Below, one piece after another: positions 38,164-47,183 of a stretch of 54,254 nt of DNA. Source of the stretch: Syntrophomonas sp. (GTDB lineage: Bacteria > Bacillota > Syntrophomonadia > Syntrophomonadales > Syntrophomonadaceae); assembly GCA_028709585.1 (NCBI GenBank), contig JAQVWS010000002.1, positions 1 through 54,254 on the forward strand, in the 5' to 3' direction. The notes beneath the pieces are model-generated. The model ran no database searches. It was not told where the DNA came from and saw nothing but the letters and a program-made list of their open reading frames with translations. The translations under genes and the position numbers were made by a program. The stretch's first letter is position 1, and each line of letters begins with the position of its first letter.

Positions 38164-38331
38164 GGTTTCCTCCATAATCTTAATACTATTATCTTATTCT
38201 GGGGAAAAGATATGTAAGGCAATCAAATCAATTAGCCTCAGCTCTTAACATGTAATTGATTTTATAGCTTCTTAATAATAACAGAAACCGCTATATTTTT
38301 ATCAAAAAATATTTTATTCCTCGCCGTATAT

Positions 38332-40320
38332 TTACTGGTTATATCGTTTATTGAGTGCCCGTCTGGCTTCTTCCTGGCTCTGAAATATATGCGGGGTCAT
38401 ATTGTTTTCGCGCAGAGTATCGCCAAGTTTCATGCGCATAAAAGCGCCGGTTGAATAACGGGTGACATTCTCATAGTATTTTTCGACGACTGTGCGAACC
38501 ATTTCCATATATGGCTCAATCAATTCCGGCAGGATATCAAAATTATCGTAATTGACAATGGTGTAAACCCGGTGTTCGAGGGGCCCAAGGTTTAAAGCGA
38601 TTTGTTCCTGTATGGCCTTAATGTCATCCAGGGAACGAATCGAAAGCCCTTCAAAATTAACGAAAAAGGTATTTTCTTCTGCCATATATGTCAGCCGTTC
38701 ACTTATGGGCAAGGCCAGCATTTCTTTTTTTAGACCCATAGGTCCGGCGGTAAATATTCTTTTATCCATGATTTTAAGATTTGGGCTTATTCGGGGAACA
38801 AACCCCATCTGGTCCAGAACATCCTTGCGCATATCAATGCCGGGGGCAATTTCCATCAATTCCAGACCTTCTTCACATAAGCGAAAAACTGCTCTCTCTG
38901 TAATATAGAGCACAGCTTTACGATTAGCTATAGCCACTTTTCCGGCAAAGGTAATCTGTTCCACTTTTTGGACAAATTTTTTAACTCGTCCCTCCTGGAT
39001 AATCTGCAGATTGCCGTTTTCGACAGCTATCTGCAAACCATCAGCAGTAAAGCTGCCCACAAATACAACCTTTTTGGCATTTTGACTGATATTAATAAAA
39101 CCGCCTGCTCCGGCTATGCGAGGGCCAAATTTACTAACATTAAGATTTCCGTTTTGATCAGCCTGAGCCAGCCCCAGACAGCTTAAATCCAGTCCTCCGC
39201 CATCATAATAGTCAAATTGGTAAGCCTGATCGATAACCGCGCTAGCATTGCTGGCTGCGCCGAAGTCCAGACTTCCAGCCATAACCCCACCTATTACTCC
39301 AGGTTCAGCCGTTAAGGTAAGAAGTTCCTGAATACCTTCTTCCGCCACCACGCTGGCTATTCCTTCAGGAACGCCAATACCCAGGTTAACTATACTGTTG
39401 GCCGCCAGTTCAAAAGCCGCCCTTCGCGCTACAATTTTGCGTTCATTAAGAGCCAAAGGTGCAATGGAAGCCAGTGGTATACGATATTCACCTGCAAAAG
39501 CCGGATTGTAATGGGTAGCCCAGGTTTGCCGATGATTTTCCGGCGGACTGACCGCGACGCAGTCAACCAGTATGCCAGGTATTTTTATGCTGCGCTGCGG
39601 CAATGATCCTCTATCTGCAACTCGTTCCACCTGAGCTATAACAAATCCGCCGGAGTTTTTGGCCGCCATGGCTATTGACAAGCCGTCCAGAGTAAGGGCT
39701 TCTTTTTCCAGGCTGAGGTTGCCATCCAGATCAGCGGTGGTAGCTCGGATTATAGCTACATCTATAGGAAAAGTTTTATAAGCCAGGTATTCATTGCCAT
39801 CAAACCAAATCAATTCCACCAGGTCTTCCCTGGTACAGGTATTAAGCTTACCGCCTCCTATGCGAGGATCTACGAAAGTACCCAATCCAACAGCACTGAT
39901 GGTGCGAGGTTTGTGAGCTGCAATATCACGAAACATGGAGCATATTATACCCTGAGGCAGATTATATGCTTCCATCTTGTTATCCAGGGCCAGGTTAACC
40001 AGCTTGGGGGTCAAGCCCCAATGACCACAAACTACTCTTTTTAGTAATCCTGCATGGGCCAGATGATTACAGCCCCGATCCTGCCCATCACCCAAACCGG
40101 ATACATAAACAAGAGTTAAATCTCGGGGTTCGCCGGTAGCCAAAAACTTTTTTTCCAATTCAACCAACATATTCTCAGGAACCCCGATGCCAATAAAACC
40201 GCCAATCCCTACAACATCTCCGCTTTTTATTATTCCCACTGCGTCCTGAGCGGAAACCACTTTGCCTTTTTTCATACCGGAAAATAAGTCTGTACTAATC
40301 GGATGTGAAGTAGTTTTCAA
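38332..40320 (-). CDS. Acyl-CoA:acetate/3-ketoacid CoA-transferase family protein (COG4670-like) with a ~130-aa C-terminal extension
   Basis: Family I CoA-transferase alpha- and beta-like halves are fused (GDVVGIGGFIGIGVPE..., ...LTAEPGVIGG..., SQNAKKVVFVGSFTA). Confidence 0.8.
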   Translation of the reverse strand: MKTTSHPISTDLFSGMKKGKVVSAQDAVGIIKSGDVVGIGGFIGIGVPENMLVELEKKFLATGEPRDLTLVYVSGLGDGQDRGCNHLAHAGLLKRVVCGHWGLTPKLVNLALDNKMEAYNLPQGIICSMFRDIAAHKPRTISAVGLGTFVDPRIGGGKLNTCTREDLVELIWFDGNEYLAYKTFPIDVAIIRATTADLDGNLSLEKEALTLDGLSIAMAAKNSGGFVIAQVERVADRGSLPQRSIKIPGILVDCVAVSPPENHRQTWATHYNPAFAGEYRIPLASIAPLALNERKIVARRAAFELAANSIVNLGIGVPEGIASVVAEEGIQELLTLTAEPGVIGGVMAGSLDFGAASNASAVIDQAYQFDYYDGGGLDLSCLGLAQADQNGNLNVSKFGPRIAGAGGFINISQNAKKVVFVGSFTADGLQIAVENGNLQIIQEGRVKKFVQKVEQITFAGKVAIANRKAVLYITERAVFRLCEEGLELMEIAPGIDMRKDVLDQMGFVPRISPNLKIMDKRIFTAGPMGLKKEMLALPISERLTYMAEENTFFVNFEGLSIRSLDDIKAIQEQIALNLGPLEHRVYTIVNYDNFDILPELIEPYMEMVRTVVEKYYENVTRYSTGAFMRMKLGDTLRENNMTPHIFQSQEEARRALNKRYNQ

Positions 40321-40699
40321 CCAACAAATCCTCCTCTATTAACATAATTGAATAATTGAGTATTCAAAAGCATACCGACAAGTTTCTATTTAGATTGTCA
40401 ATTCCCTTTATATTTTCCAACTAAGCTCATAAAAAACTATAAAAAGCATTAGATATAGCCCCTTTAGGTACTGATTTCCCTATGAACTTATGGTTAAACA
40501 TTACATTGAGTTTTAATAAGCAAGCCTGCGGATTGAGCGAAAATTAAATAAATAAATTAATAAATAATTATCGAAAATCCTAATTCCTCACTATATATTA
40601 GGCAATTGGGGAAGGATAAATAATATTTTTGTAGAACAATACATACAATTGAGAATTTCCTGGTGGTTTTGCGTGATAATGAAATAAAGGAGTTTTATT

Positions 40700-41422
40700 T
40701 TGAGGCTGGCAAAATACCTGGCTCAAGCTGGGATAGCGTCGCGCCGGCAGGCGGAAGAAATAATAAGGATGGGCCGGGTTAAACTCAACGGGTTAATTGT
40801 TACTGAACTGGCTACCCGCGTAAATCCTAAAACAGACCATATCGAACTGGATGACAGGATTGTTGAATTACAGCAGCATATATATATATTACTTAATAAA
40901 CCACCGGGCTATATTAGTGCAGTAAATGACCCCTGGGGACGTCCTACCGTCCTGGAACTGGTGAAGGACATAAATAAACGTATCTATCCGGTGGGACGCT
41001 TGGATTATGATACCGAGGGACTTCTTTTGCTGACCAATGATGGAGAATTTACCAATCTGATGATTCACCCCCGTTATAAAATAGAAAAAAAGTATGCGGC
41101 TTGTGTAGCCGGAAAGATAGAAAACACTGCGCTGAGGACTTTGCAAAACGGAGTATATCTGGAAGATGGGATGACTGCTCCAGCACAGATTCACCTTCTA
41201 AGCCGTGATGACAAGTCTTCCCGGATTGAGTTGCTGATTCATGAAGGTCGCAAGAGACAGGTTAAAAGAATGTGCGCTGCTATAGGGCATCCCGTAATAA
41301 GCCTTAAACGGGTTGCATTTGGATTTCTAACTTTGAAAGGCGTAGAGCTGGGGAATTATCGTTATCTGCAAGAGAATGAAGTGCACCGCTTGAAGGCTTT
41401 GGTGTTGTATGATGAAATATAA
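40700..41422 (+). CDS. rluB: RsuA/RluB-family pseudouridine synthase with an S4 domain
   Basis: MRLAKYLAQAGIASRRQAEEII..GRV.LNG, the catalytic GRLDYDTEGLLLLTNDG motif, and REGRKRQVKRM-like (HEGRKRQVKRM). Confidence 0.92.
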   Translation: MRLAKYLAQAGIASRRQAEEIIRMGRVKLNGLIVTELATRVNPKTDHIELDDRIVELQQHIYILLNKPPGYISAVNDPWGRPTVLELVKDINKRIYPVGRLDYDTEGLLLLTNDGEFTNLMIHPRYKIEKKYAACVAGKIENTALRTLQNGVYLEDGMTAPAQIHLLSRDDKSSRIELLIHEGRKRQVKRMCAAIGHPVISLKRVAFGFLTLKGVELGNYRYLQENEVHRLKALVLYDEI

Positions 41423-41472
41423 ATATATATTTATTATAGAGACAGGATAAAAATTCTCAGCTATATAACATA

Positions 41473-41928
41473 TTGTATATAGGAGTTGAACATGTATTGT
41501 CAGAAATAAAGTTGAAACTTCGTTTCGATTATCAAGGCAAAGCAAAAACCGGTAAGCTTTTCGGAAATAAAAATGTGGAACAGATGGCGGAAGAGACCAG
41601 ACAGCAGCAGGTATCTCTGCTTAGAAACGTGCCGGTCCAGGGAGTTCGTATTGAAGATATAGAAATGAGTCAAGAAGTATATGCGGTAATTGATGAATTG
41701 AATGGCAAAAAACTGGCTTATGCTCCGGTTATTATTACTTTTTATGCTGACAGCATTGAGGATGCTATAAAATTCTCAATGAAGGAGGAATTCAGAACGA
41801 TAGAAATAATTGAACCTGATGAGTTGGTGCTTTCCAAAAACGATATTGAAAAGCTATTATATAAGGTTAGTACTGAGTTAGTAGCCTATAAGGATTATTT
41901 ACTGCGTAAAATGGATACCTGGAAATAG
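41473..41928 (+). CDS. Hypothetical protein (start uncertain)
   Basis: ORF with coding-like composition, immediately upstream of the HDOD gene. No recognised domain. Confidence 0.4.
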   Translation: MYIGVEHVLSEIKLKLRFDYQGKAKTGKLFGNKNVEQMAEETRQQQVSLLRNVPVQGVRIEDIEMSQEVYAVIDELNGKKLAYAPVIITFYADSIEDAIKFSMKEEFRTIEIIEPDELVLSKNDIEKLLYKVSTELVAYKDYLLRKMDTWK

Positions 41929-41943
41929 GTAGGGGGGAAATAT

Positions 41944-42786
41944 ATGGAGAAGGTAACATTGGAATCAATTGTGGAAGCGGTTAATGATTTGCCATCCTTA
42001 CCGCATGTAGTAATTAAAATAATGGAATTGACTGAGGATCCCAATGCTACTGCCCAAAATATTAACGAAGTATTGAATCAGGATCAGGGTATGACAGCCA
42101 AAGTGCTTCGCTTGGCTAATTCAGCATTTTATGGATTCCCCCGGCGAATTTCCACAGTAACCGATGCCACTATTTTTCTTGGGTTTAAGACGGTTCGAAG
42201 TATTGTAATGGCCGCCTCAGTAAGTGACTTACTTAGTAAAGAGATGGAGGGTTACGCATTAGCTCAGGGAGAACTGTGGAAGCATTCCCAATGTGTTGCC
42301 ATTGCAGCTCGTTTAGTTGCCAAAAACTGCAAGTGCTTCACGTTGGATGTAGCTTATACCGCTGCTTTATTACATGATATCGGCAAGGTAGTGTTGAATA
42401 GCAATATGAAGCAAGCTTACCATGAGGTAATTGCTCTGGTGGAATCTGACCACCTTCCATTTACTGAAGCTGAAGAAAGAATATTTGGTTTCAACCATGC
42501 TGCAGTCGGAGCTAAGATAGCTGAGAAATGGAATTTACCGCCGGATCTGGTGGAGGCGATTGCTTTTCATCATAACCCGGATCAAGCTGAAATTAATCGT
42601 CAGCTCACATCAATTGTACATATCGCAGATGTAATTTGTCTGTCAATGGGGATGGGAATAGGTATCGATGGGATGCTTTATCCTCTTTCCCCGCAAGCTA
42701 TGCAAGTAATAAATTTTAGTGAAAAAGATGTGGATAACACTATTTCCCAATTGGTGGACTTATTTGTAGACCAACAAAGTTTTTAA
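41944..42786 (+). CDS. HDOD-domain signalling protein
   Basis: LPSLPHVVIKIMELTEDPNATAQNINEVLNQDQGMTAKVLRLANSAFYGFPRRISTVTDA...LLHDIGK. Confidence 0.85.
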   Translation: MEKVTLESIVEAVNDLPSLPHVVIKIMELTEDPNATAQNINEVLNQDQGMTAKVLRLANSAFYGFPRRISTVTDATIFLGFKTVRSIVMAASVSDLLSKEMEGYALAQGELWKHSQCVAIAARLVAKNCKCFTLDVAYTAALLHDIGKVVLNSNMKQAYHEVIALVESDHLPFTEAEERIFGFNHAAVGAKIAEKWNLPPDLVEAIAFHHNPDQAEINRQLTSIVHIADVICLSMGMGIGIDGMLYPLSPQAMQVINFSEKDVDNTISQLVDLFVDQQSF

Positions 42787-42803
42787 AACATAATAATCTA
42801 TTG

Positions 42804-42831
42804 TTGATTTTTAAAAAATAATCTGTATAAT
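42804..42831 (+). promoter_or_regulatory. Candidate sigma-A promoter of the T-box leader
   Basis: TTGATT, 16 nt, TATAAT (preceded by TG). Confidence 0.45.
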
Positions 42832-42849
42832 TAAATAATTGTTAATATG

Positions 42850-43117
42850 GAAATGCGATGATAGGGAAAAAGTATAACAAGAATTTCTTCAGAGAGCTGC
42901 CGGTTGGTGTGAGGCAGTGAAAGAGTTATTGCCAGATCACCCTTGAGCAGACTGCTGAAACCCTTTTTGGAGATTAAGCGTGGACGGGACTCACCGTTAT
43001 ATGAGGATACATTGATTGATGTATTAAAGTGGTTGTAACCCAACAATTAAGGTGGTACCGCGGAAGATATTTGGCCTTTCGTCCTTTATTTTAAAGAACG
43101 ATAGGCTTTTTTATTTA
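42850..43117 (+). promoter_or_regulatory. T-box leader (probable Ile specifier) with terminator
   Basis: Stem-I elements GCGATGATAGGG, AGAGAG and GGTTGGTGTGAGG. The T-box sequence AATTAAGGTGGTACCGCG is at 43045-43062. The terminator GGCCTTTCGTCCTT ... AAGAACGATAGGC is followed by TTTTTT (43072-43117). In the specifier-loop candidate ...CCAGAUCACCC..., AUC is followed by the usual purine. Confidence 0.85.
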
Positions 43118-43167
43118 TCAAAACGATCTACCGTGTACTTTTCTAAAAAAAGCAAGGAGATGATAAT

Positions 43168-44361
43168 ATGATTACACTGGATAAAATCTATCATGCGGCA
43201 TTCGTTCTAAAAAATGTAATCAGGCAAACAGATTTAATCAAGGCGAGCAACTTGCATCCGGACTGCAATATTTATTTGAAAGCCGAAAATTTACAGATTA
43301 CAGGTTCATTTAAAGTTAGGGGTGCATACTATAAGATCTCCCAGTTGTCAGACGAGGAAAAAGCCAAAGGAGTTATTGCTTGTTCTGCAGGAAACCACGC
43401 TCAGGGCGTTGCCTTGGCGGCTACTCAAAATGGCATCAAGTCTTTGATATGTATACCTGACGGAGCTCCAATATCCAAAGTAGAGGCTACCAAGAACTAT
43501 GGTGCTGAAGTCTGTTTGGTTGAAGGAGCATATGATGATGCTTATGAAATGGCTTTAAAACTTCAGAAAGAGAGCGGCGCAGTATTTATTCATCCCTTTG
43601 ATGATGAGATGGTTATTGCGGGGCAAGGCACAATTGGTTTAGAAATTCTTAACCAGATTCCCGATGTGGATGCAGTTATCGTCCCGATTGGCGGCGGCGG
43701 GTTGATCAGTGGGGTTGCTTATGCTATAAAATCATTAAATCCCAAGATTAAAGTATATGGGGTGCAGGCGACGGGTGCACCATCAATGTATAATTCCCTG
43801 ACCAATCACAAGATGGCTACCCTTGCCTCAGTCAAAACAATCGCTGATGGGATTGCAGTAAAGACACCGGGAGACATTACTTTTAACATTTGTCAGAATT
43901 ATGTTGACGAAATCGCAGTTGTAACCGACGATGAGATTTCAACGGCCATTTTAAGCCTGATTGAACAACAAAAACTAGTTGCAGAAGGGGCTGGAGCTGT
44001 TTCAGTAGCAGCGGCATTGTTTAACAAATTTCCGATTAAAGGCAAAAAGGTAGTATGCTTAGTATCAGGAGGAAACATTGATGTTACCATCCTTTCAAAG
44101 GTAATCGACAGGGGACTGCAAAAGGAAGGACGCCTGGCCAGGCTTACCATAGAGCTTATCGACAAGCCCGGCCAGCTGCGCGAAGTATCTAAGATCATAG
44201 CCAATCTGGGCGCTAATGTTATTTCCGTTAACCATGACCGAACTGATGTAAATATGGATATTAACTCTTGTTTTTTGGGAATTTCCATGGAAACCAGAAA
44301 CCACAGGCATGTTGAAGAAATTAAAAATGAACTGGCCAGACATGGCTATAAAATAATATAA
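43168..44361 (+). CDS. ilvA: Threonine ammonia-lyase (PLP fold type II plus a single ACT-like domain)
   Basis: KAENLQITGSFKVRGA (PLP lysine), GGGGLISG, and a C-terminal regulatory domain of about 80 aa. Confidence 0.92.
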   Translation: MITLDKIYHAAFVLKNVIRQTDLIKASNLHPDCNIYLKAENLQITGSFKVRGAYYKISQLSDEEKAKGVIACSAGNHAQGVALAATQNGIKSLICIPDGAPISKVEATKNYGAEVCLVEGAYDDAYEMALKLQKESGAVFIHPFDDEMVIAGQGTIGLEILNQIPDVDAVIVPIGGGGLISGVAYAIKSLNPKIKVYGVQATGAPSMYNSLTNHKMATLASVKTIADGIAVKTPGDITFNICQNYVDEIAVVTDDEISTAILSLIEQQKLVAEGAGAVSVAAALFNKFPIKGKKVVCLVSGGNIDVTILSKVIDRGLQKEGRLARLTIELIDKPGQLREVSKIIANLGANVISVNHDRTDVNMDINSCFLGISMETRNHRHVEEIKNELARHGYKII

Positions 44362-44379
44362 AACGGGGAGGAATCTAGC

Positions 44380-44754
44380 ATGCTGAAAAAAGTTCATACT
44401 CATAAGGCGCCAGATGCAATCGGCCCTTATACACAGGCAATTATCGCTCAGGGATTTGTTTTTACTTCTGGTCAGATTGCGATTAATCCTGATACCAATT
44501 CAGTGGCTGGTGCAACTATCGAAGAACAGACTGAACAGGTTATCTGCAACCTTAAGGAGATTTTACGAGAAGCAGGCACAACCCTGGATAATGTGGTTAA
44601 AACCACCTGCTTTCTAGCAGATATGAATGATTTTGCCGCATTTAATAATGTTTATGGACAGCATTTCAGTGGAAACCCGGCTCGTTCCTGCGTGGCAGTT
44701 AAACAGCTTCCTAAAAATGTATTGGTTGAGGTGGAGGTCATTGCATCCCTATAA
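44380..44754 (+). CDS. ridA: RidA-family reactive enamine/imine deaminase
   Basis: APDAIGPYTQAI..GFVFTSGQIAINP...RSCVAVKQLPKNVLVEVEVIA. Confidence 0.93.
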   Translation: MLKKVHTHKAPDAIGPYTQAIIAQGFVFTSGQIAINPDTNSVAGATIEEQTEQVICNLKEILREAGTTLDNVVKTTCFLADMNDFAAFNNVYGQHFSGNPARSCVAVKQLPKNVLVEVEVIASL

Positions 44755-44842
44755 CATTGGCTATAAGCTGATTATCCGTAAATAAATAACTGTTTTTTAA
44801 TGTTGCTTGAGATTTATGAAGTACTGGAAAAGAGATAAATAA

Positions 44843-45598
44843 ATGAATGAAAAGAAACTGTACGAGATTCTAATGCAAGTAAAAAACGGGCAATTAGATA
44901 TTAAAGATGCCTATCAGGCTCTGAAAATACTGCCTTATGAAGAGATGGGTTTTGCCAAGCTTGATCATCACCGTGCTATCAGGGATAACTTTCCGGAAGT
45001 GATTTACTGTGAAGGTAAAACGACAGAGCAAATCGTGCTTATTTTCCAGCGTTTGGTTCAGCAAAATAATAATATTATTGGCACACGAGCTAATTTGGAG
45101 ATATATAACGCTCTTAAGAATGTGGTCTCAGATATTCAAATTAACCCTGTTGCGAATTTGCTCTACATAAAACGTTTTGTGCCTCCAACATTAGGGCGGA
45201 TAGCGGTGGTAACTGGGGGAACGGCTGATATGCCTGTTGCTGAGGAAGCAGCTCAATGCCTTGAAGTAATGGGCGGTGAGGTTGATCGGATTTATGATGT
45301 TGGAGTTGCAGGCATCCACCGTTTACTGGATAAAGTCGAGCAGATAAATCGGGCTCAGGTAATTATTGTGGCAGCCGGAATGGAGGGGGCTCTGGCCAGT
45401 GTAGTAGGAGGTTTATTTAAACAGCCGGTAATTGCAGTGCCTACCAGCGTAGGCTACGGAGCCAGTTTTAAAGGATTGGCTGCCTTACTTTCGATGCTGA
45501 ACAGCTGCGCTGCGGGGGTAGGGGTAGTTAATATTGACAATGGGTATGGAGCAGCTGCTCTGGCAATAGCTATTCTGAATACTCAAGCTTCCCGCTAG
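44843..45598 (+). CDS. larB: LarB-type nickel-pincer cofactor biosynthesis protein (AIR-carboxylase-like)
   Basis: FAKLDHHRAIRDNFPEVIYCEGKT...VVTGGTADMPVAEEA...AGMEGALASVVGG...PTSVGYGAS are typical of COG1691/LarB. Confidence 0.85.
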   Translation: MNEKKLYEILMQVKNGQLDIKDAYQALKILPYEEMGFAKLDHHRAIRDNFPEVIYCEGKTTEQIVLIFQRLVQQNNNIIGTRANLEIYNALKNVVSDIQINPVANLLYIKRFVPPTLGRIAVVTGGTADMPVAEEAAQCLEVMGGEVDRIYDVGVAGIHRLLDKVEQINRAQVIIVAAGMEGALASVVGGLFKQPVIAVPTSVGYGASFKGLAALLSMLNSCAAGVGVVNIDNGYGAAALAIAILNTQASR

Positions 45599-45626
45599 AG
45601 ACAAGCGAGACAAGGGAGACAAGGGG
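45598..45626. repeat. 9-bp tandem triplication (GAGACAAG[C/G] x3) that merges into the left TIR of copy C
   Basis: GAGACAAGC GAGACAAGG GAGACAAGG GGACGG. It begins in the larB stop codon. Confidence 0.7.
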
Positions 45627-46158
45627 ACGGTTCTTTTGCCTGCAGGGTCATTTCTTAGTATATCAATATATAAGGACGATGATTATTAATGACCAGACAG
45701 GCACGTAAAATAAGTAAACAGAAATTTATCACGTTATAATGCGCGGCAATGAAAGGAAAAATATCTTTGCAGACAGAAATGAAAAGCAACGATTTCTGGG
45801 AGGTTATTAAATCCCAAAAAAGGAATCAGGTTTCATGTTGTACGCTTATTGTCTTATGGATAACCAGGTGCATTTTTATTAAATACTTATAATAATAATT
45901 TGGCGGAAATAACGAAAAATATAACGGTTCGTTATGCTTCGTTCTATAACTGGAAATACAATCGAGTGGGACATGTTTTTCAGGCTTGTTTCAAAAGTGA
46001 ACCCTTTGAGGATAAAAAATATTTGTTAGCTGTTATAAGAGATATCCATAACAATCCCTTAAAACAAACCTATCTCAGCGAACCATCGCGGCCCTACTGG
46101 GAATAAACAAAAGCACAGTTGAACGGCAGAAACAAATGCAGGCAAAAGAACCGTCCCC
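45623..46158 (+). mobile_element. Copy C (longest) of the TIR-bounded decayed IS200-like/RAYT-type Y1 transposase element
   Basis: The 22-bp ends GGGGACGGTTCTTTTGCCTGCA and TGCAGGCAAAAGAACCGTCCCC are perfect inverted repeats. The interior has an ATG at 45689 (MTRQARKISK..), a frameshifted IYHVIMRGNERKNIF, a mutated HUH (LMDNQVHF), and ORF 45900-46106 (ITVRYASFYNWKYNRVGHVFQACFKSEPFEDKKYLLAVIRDIHNNP). Confidence 0.85.
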
Positions 46159-46229
46159 TTAATACATGGATAAAGGCCAAAACTCAGGCATAAGATAGAG
46201 AGAGAAAAGATTGCCTGGAGGATGGTATT

Positions 46230-46715
46230 ATGAATAGGTTTTTTAGTCGGGTGGAAAAAGGTCTGATTCGAATTGTAATCTTAGGTTTGTTGTTAATGGT
46301 TGTGGTACAGGGATTAATGACGGTTGACCCGATTCGCTTTTATCTAAGCTGGGGCGAAAGAATGGAGGGCCAGAGCTTTGAGATCCCGGTTAACTTCCCT
46401 CAAAAAGCTGAGGCGCCATCAGTTGGGGGAACAAAATCGCCCCATTCAAAGATGACTATTGGGGTAGAAAAGTTTTCGTCATTGCCCAGAACTAAGATAT
46501 TAATAAATGGACAGGAAAAATATAATTTTTCTGAAAAACTGGTAACTATTGAGGTTAACGCAGGTGATACAGTTGAGATAGACTCTACTGCTTATAATTT
46601 TCCTATTGACTATAAAGTCATGGCTGTTTCCTCTAACCTTGCTTTCCCTGATGAAGATCAAATCTTTACTGCCAATCAAACCATGGTAATGATCGGTACA
46701 ATTATAGTAAAATAG
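46230..46715 (+). CDS. Hypothetical membrane-anchored protein
   Basis: N-terminal TM helix, a GGAGGATGG RBS, and a beta-rich C-terminal half. No recognised family. Confidence 0.5.
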   Translation: MNRFFSRVEKGLIRIVILGLLLMVVVQGLMTVDPIRFYLSWGERMEGQSFEIPVNFPQKAEAPSVGGTKSPHSKMTIGVEKFSSLPRTKILINGQEKYNFSEKLVTIEVNAGDTVEIDSTAYNFPIDYKVMAVSSNLAFPDEDQIFTANQTMVMIGTIIVK

Positions 46716-46730
46716 AAAAAACAATGTGAG

Positions 46731-47159
46731 GTGGAATGGGTAGTGGAAATAGGGAGTAAAATCGTAGCCACATCAGCTATTCAAATAGCGCTATCTTTAT
46801 CCCGCTCGGAAGAAGTAGCGGTTAAAAAATCATTATTGGAGAATTACGGCGTTAAAGCGGTAGCAGTTGATTACGGAGGGGAGTTTATTACATCGGTGGC
46901 CAAGATTGTTGAAAGGGCGGTAGTAGCTGCAAAGCGTGAAGGTGTAATCAAGGAGACCCACGCGGATGAAGGGGCTGTAGCAGGTGCAACTCGTGAGGCT
47001 TTAGCCCAGATAATGCCGAAAGCTATTGGGCTTAATGTAGGTGGTAAAATAGGTGTAGCTCGTTATAAAGATCATATTAGCGTGGCTATATTCTTTGGGA
47101 TAGGCTTGCTTCACCTTGATGAGGTTTCTATCGGGCTTGGACACCGGGCAGTATCATAA
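46731..47159 (+). CDS. hutP: HutP-family (RNA-binding antiterminator-like) protein
   Basis: GAVAGATREALAQIMPKAIGLNVGGKIGVARYKDHISVAIFFGIGLLHLDEVSIGLGHRAV resembles the HutP core. The start codon is uncertain (GTG at 46731 or 46743). Confidence 0.7.
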   Translation: MEWVVEIGSKIVATSAIQIALSLSRSEEVAVKKSLLENYGVKAVAVDYGGEFITSVAKIVERAVVAAKREGVIKETHADEGAVAGATREALAQIMPKAIGLNVGGKIGVARYKDHISVAIFFGIGLLHLDEVSIGLGHRAVS

Positions 47160-47183
47160 AAAGAGAGGCAGGCCAGGAACAGA

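Noticed and set aside
45900-46106. 68-aa ORF that could be annotated as a small transposase gene
   Set aside because: It is only the central fragment of the Y1 transposase. It lacks the N-terminal HUH region, which is present upstream in other frames with stops. It is part of the pseudogenised element, not an independent gene.
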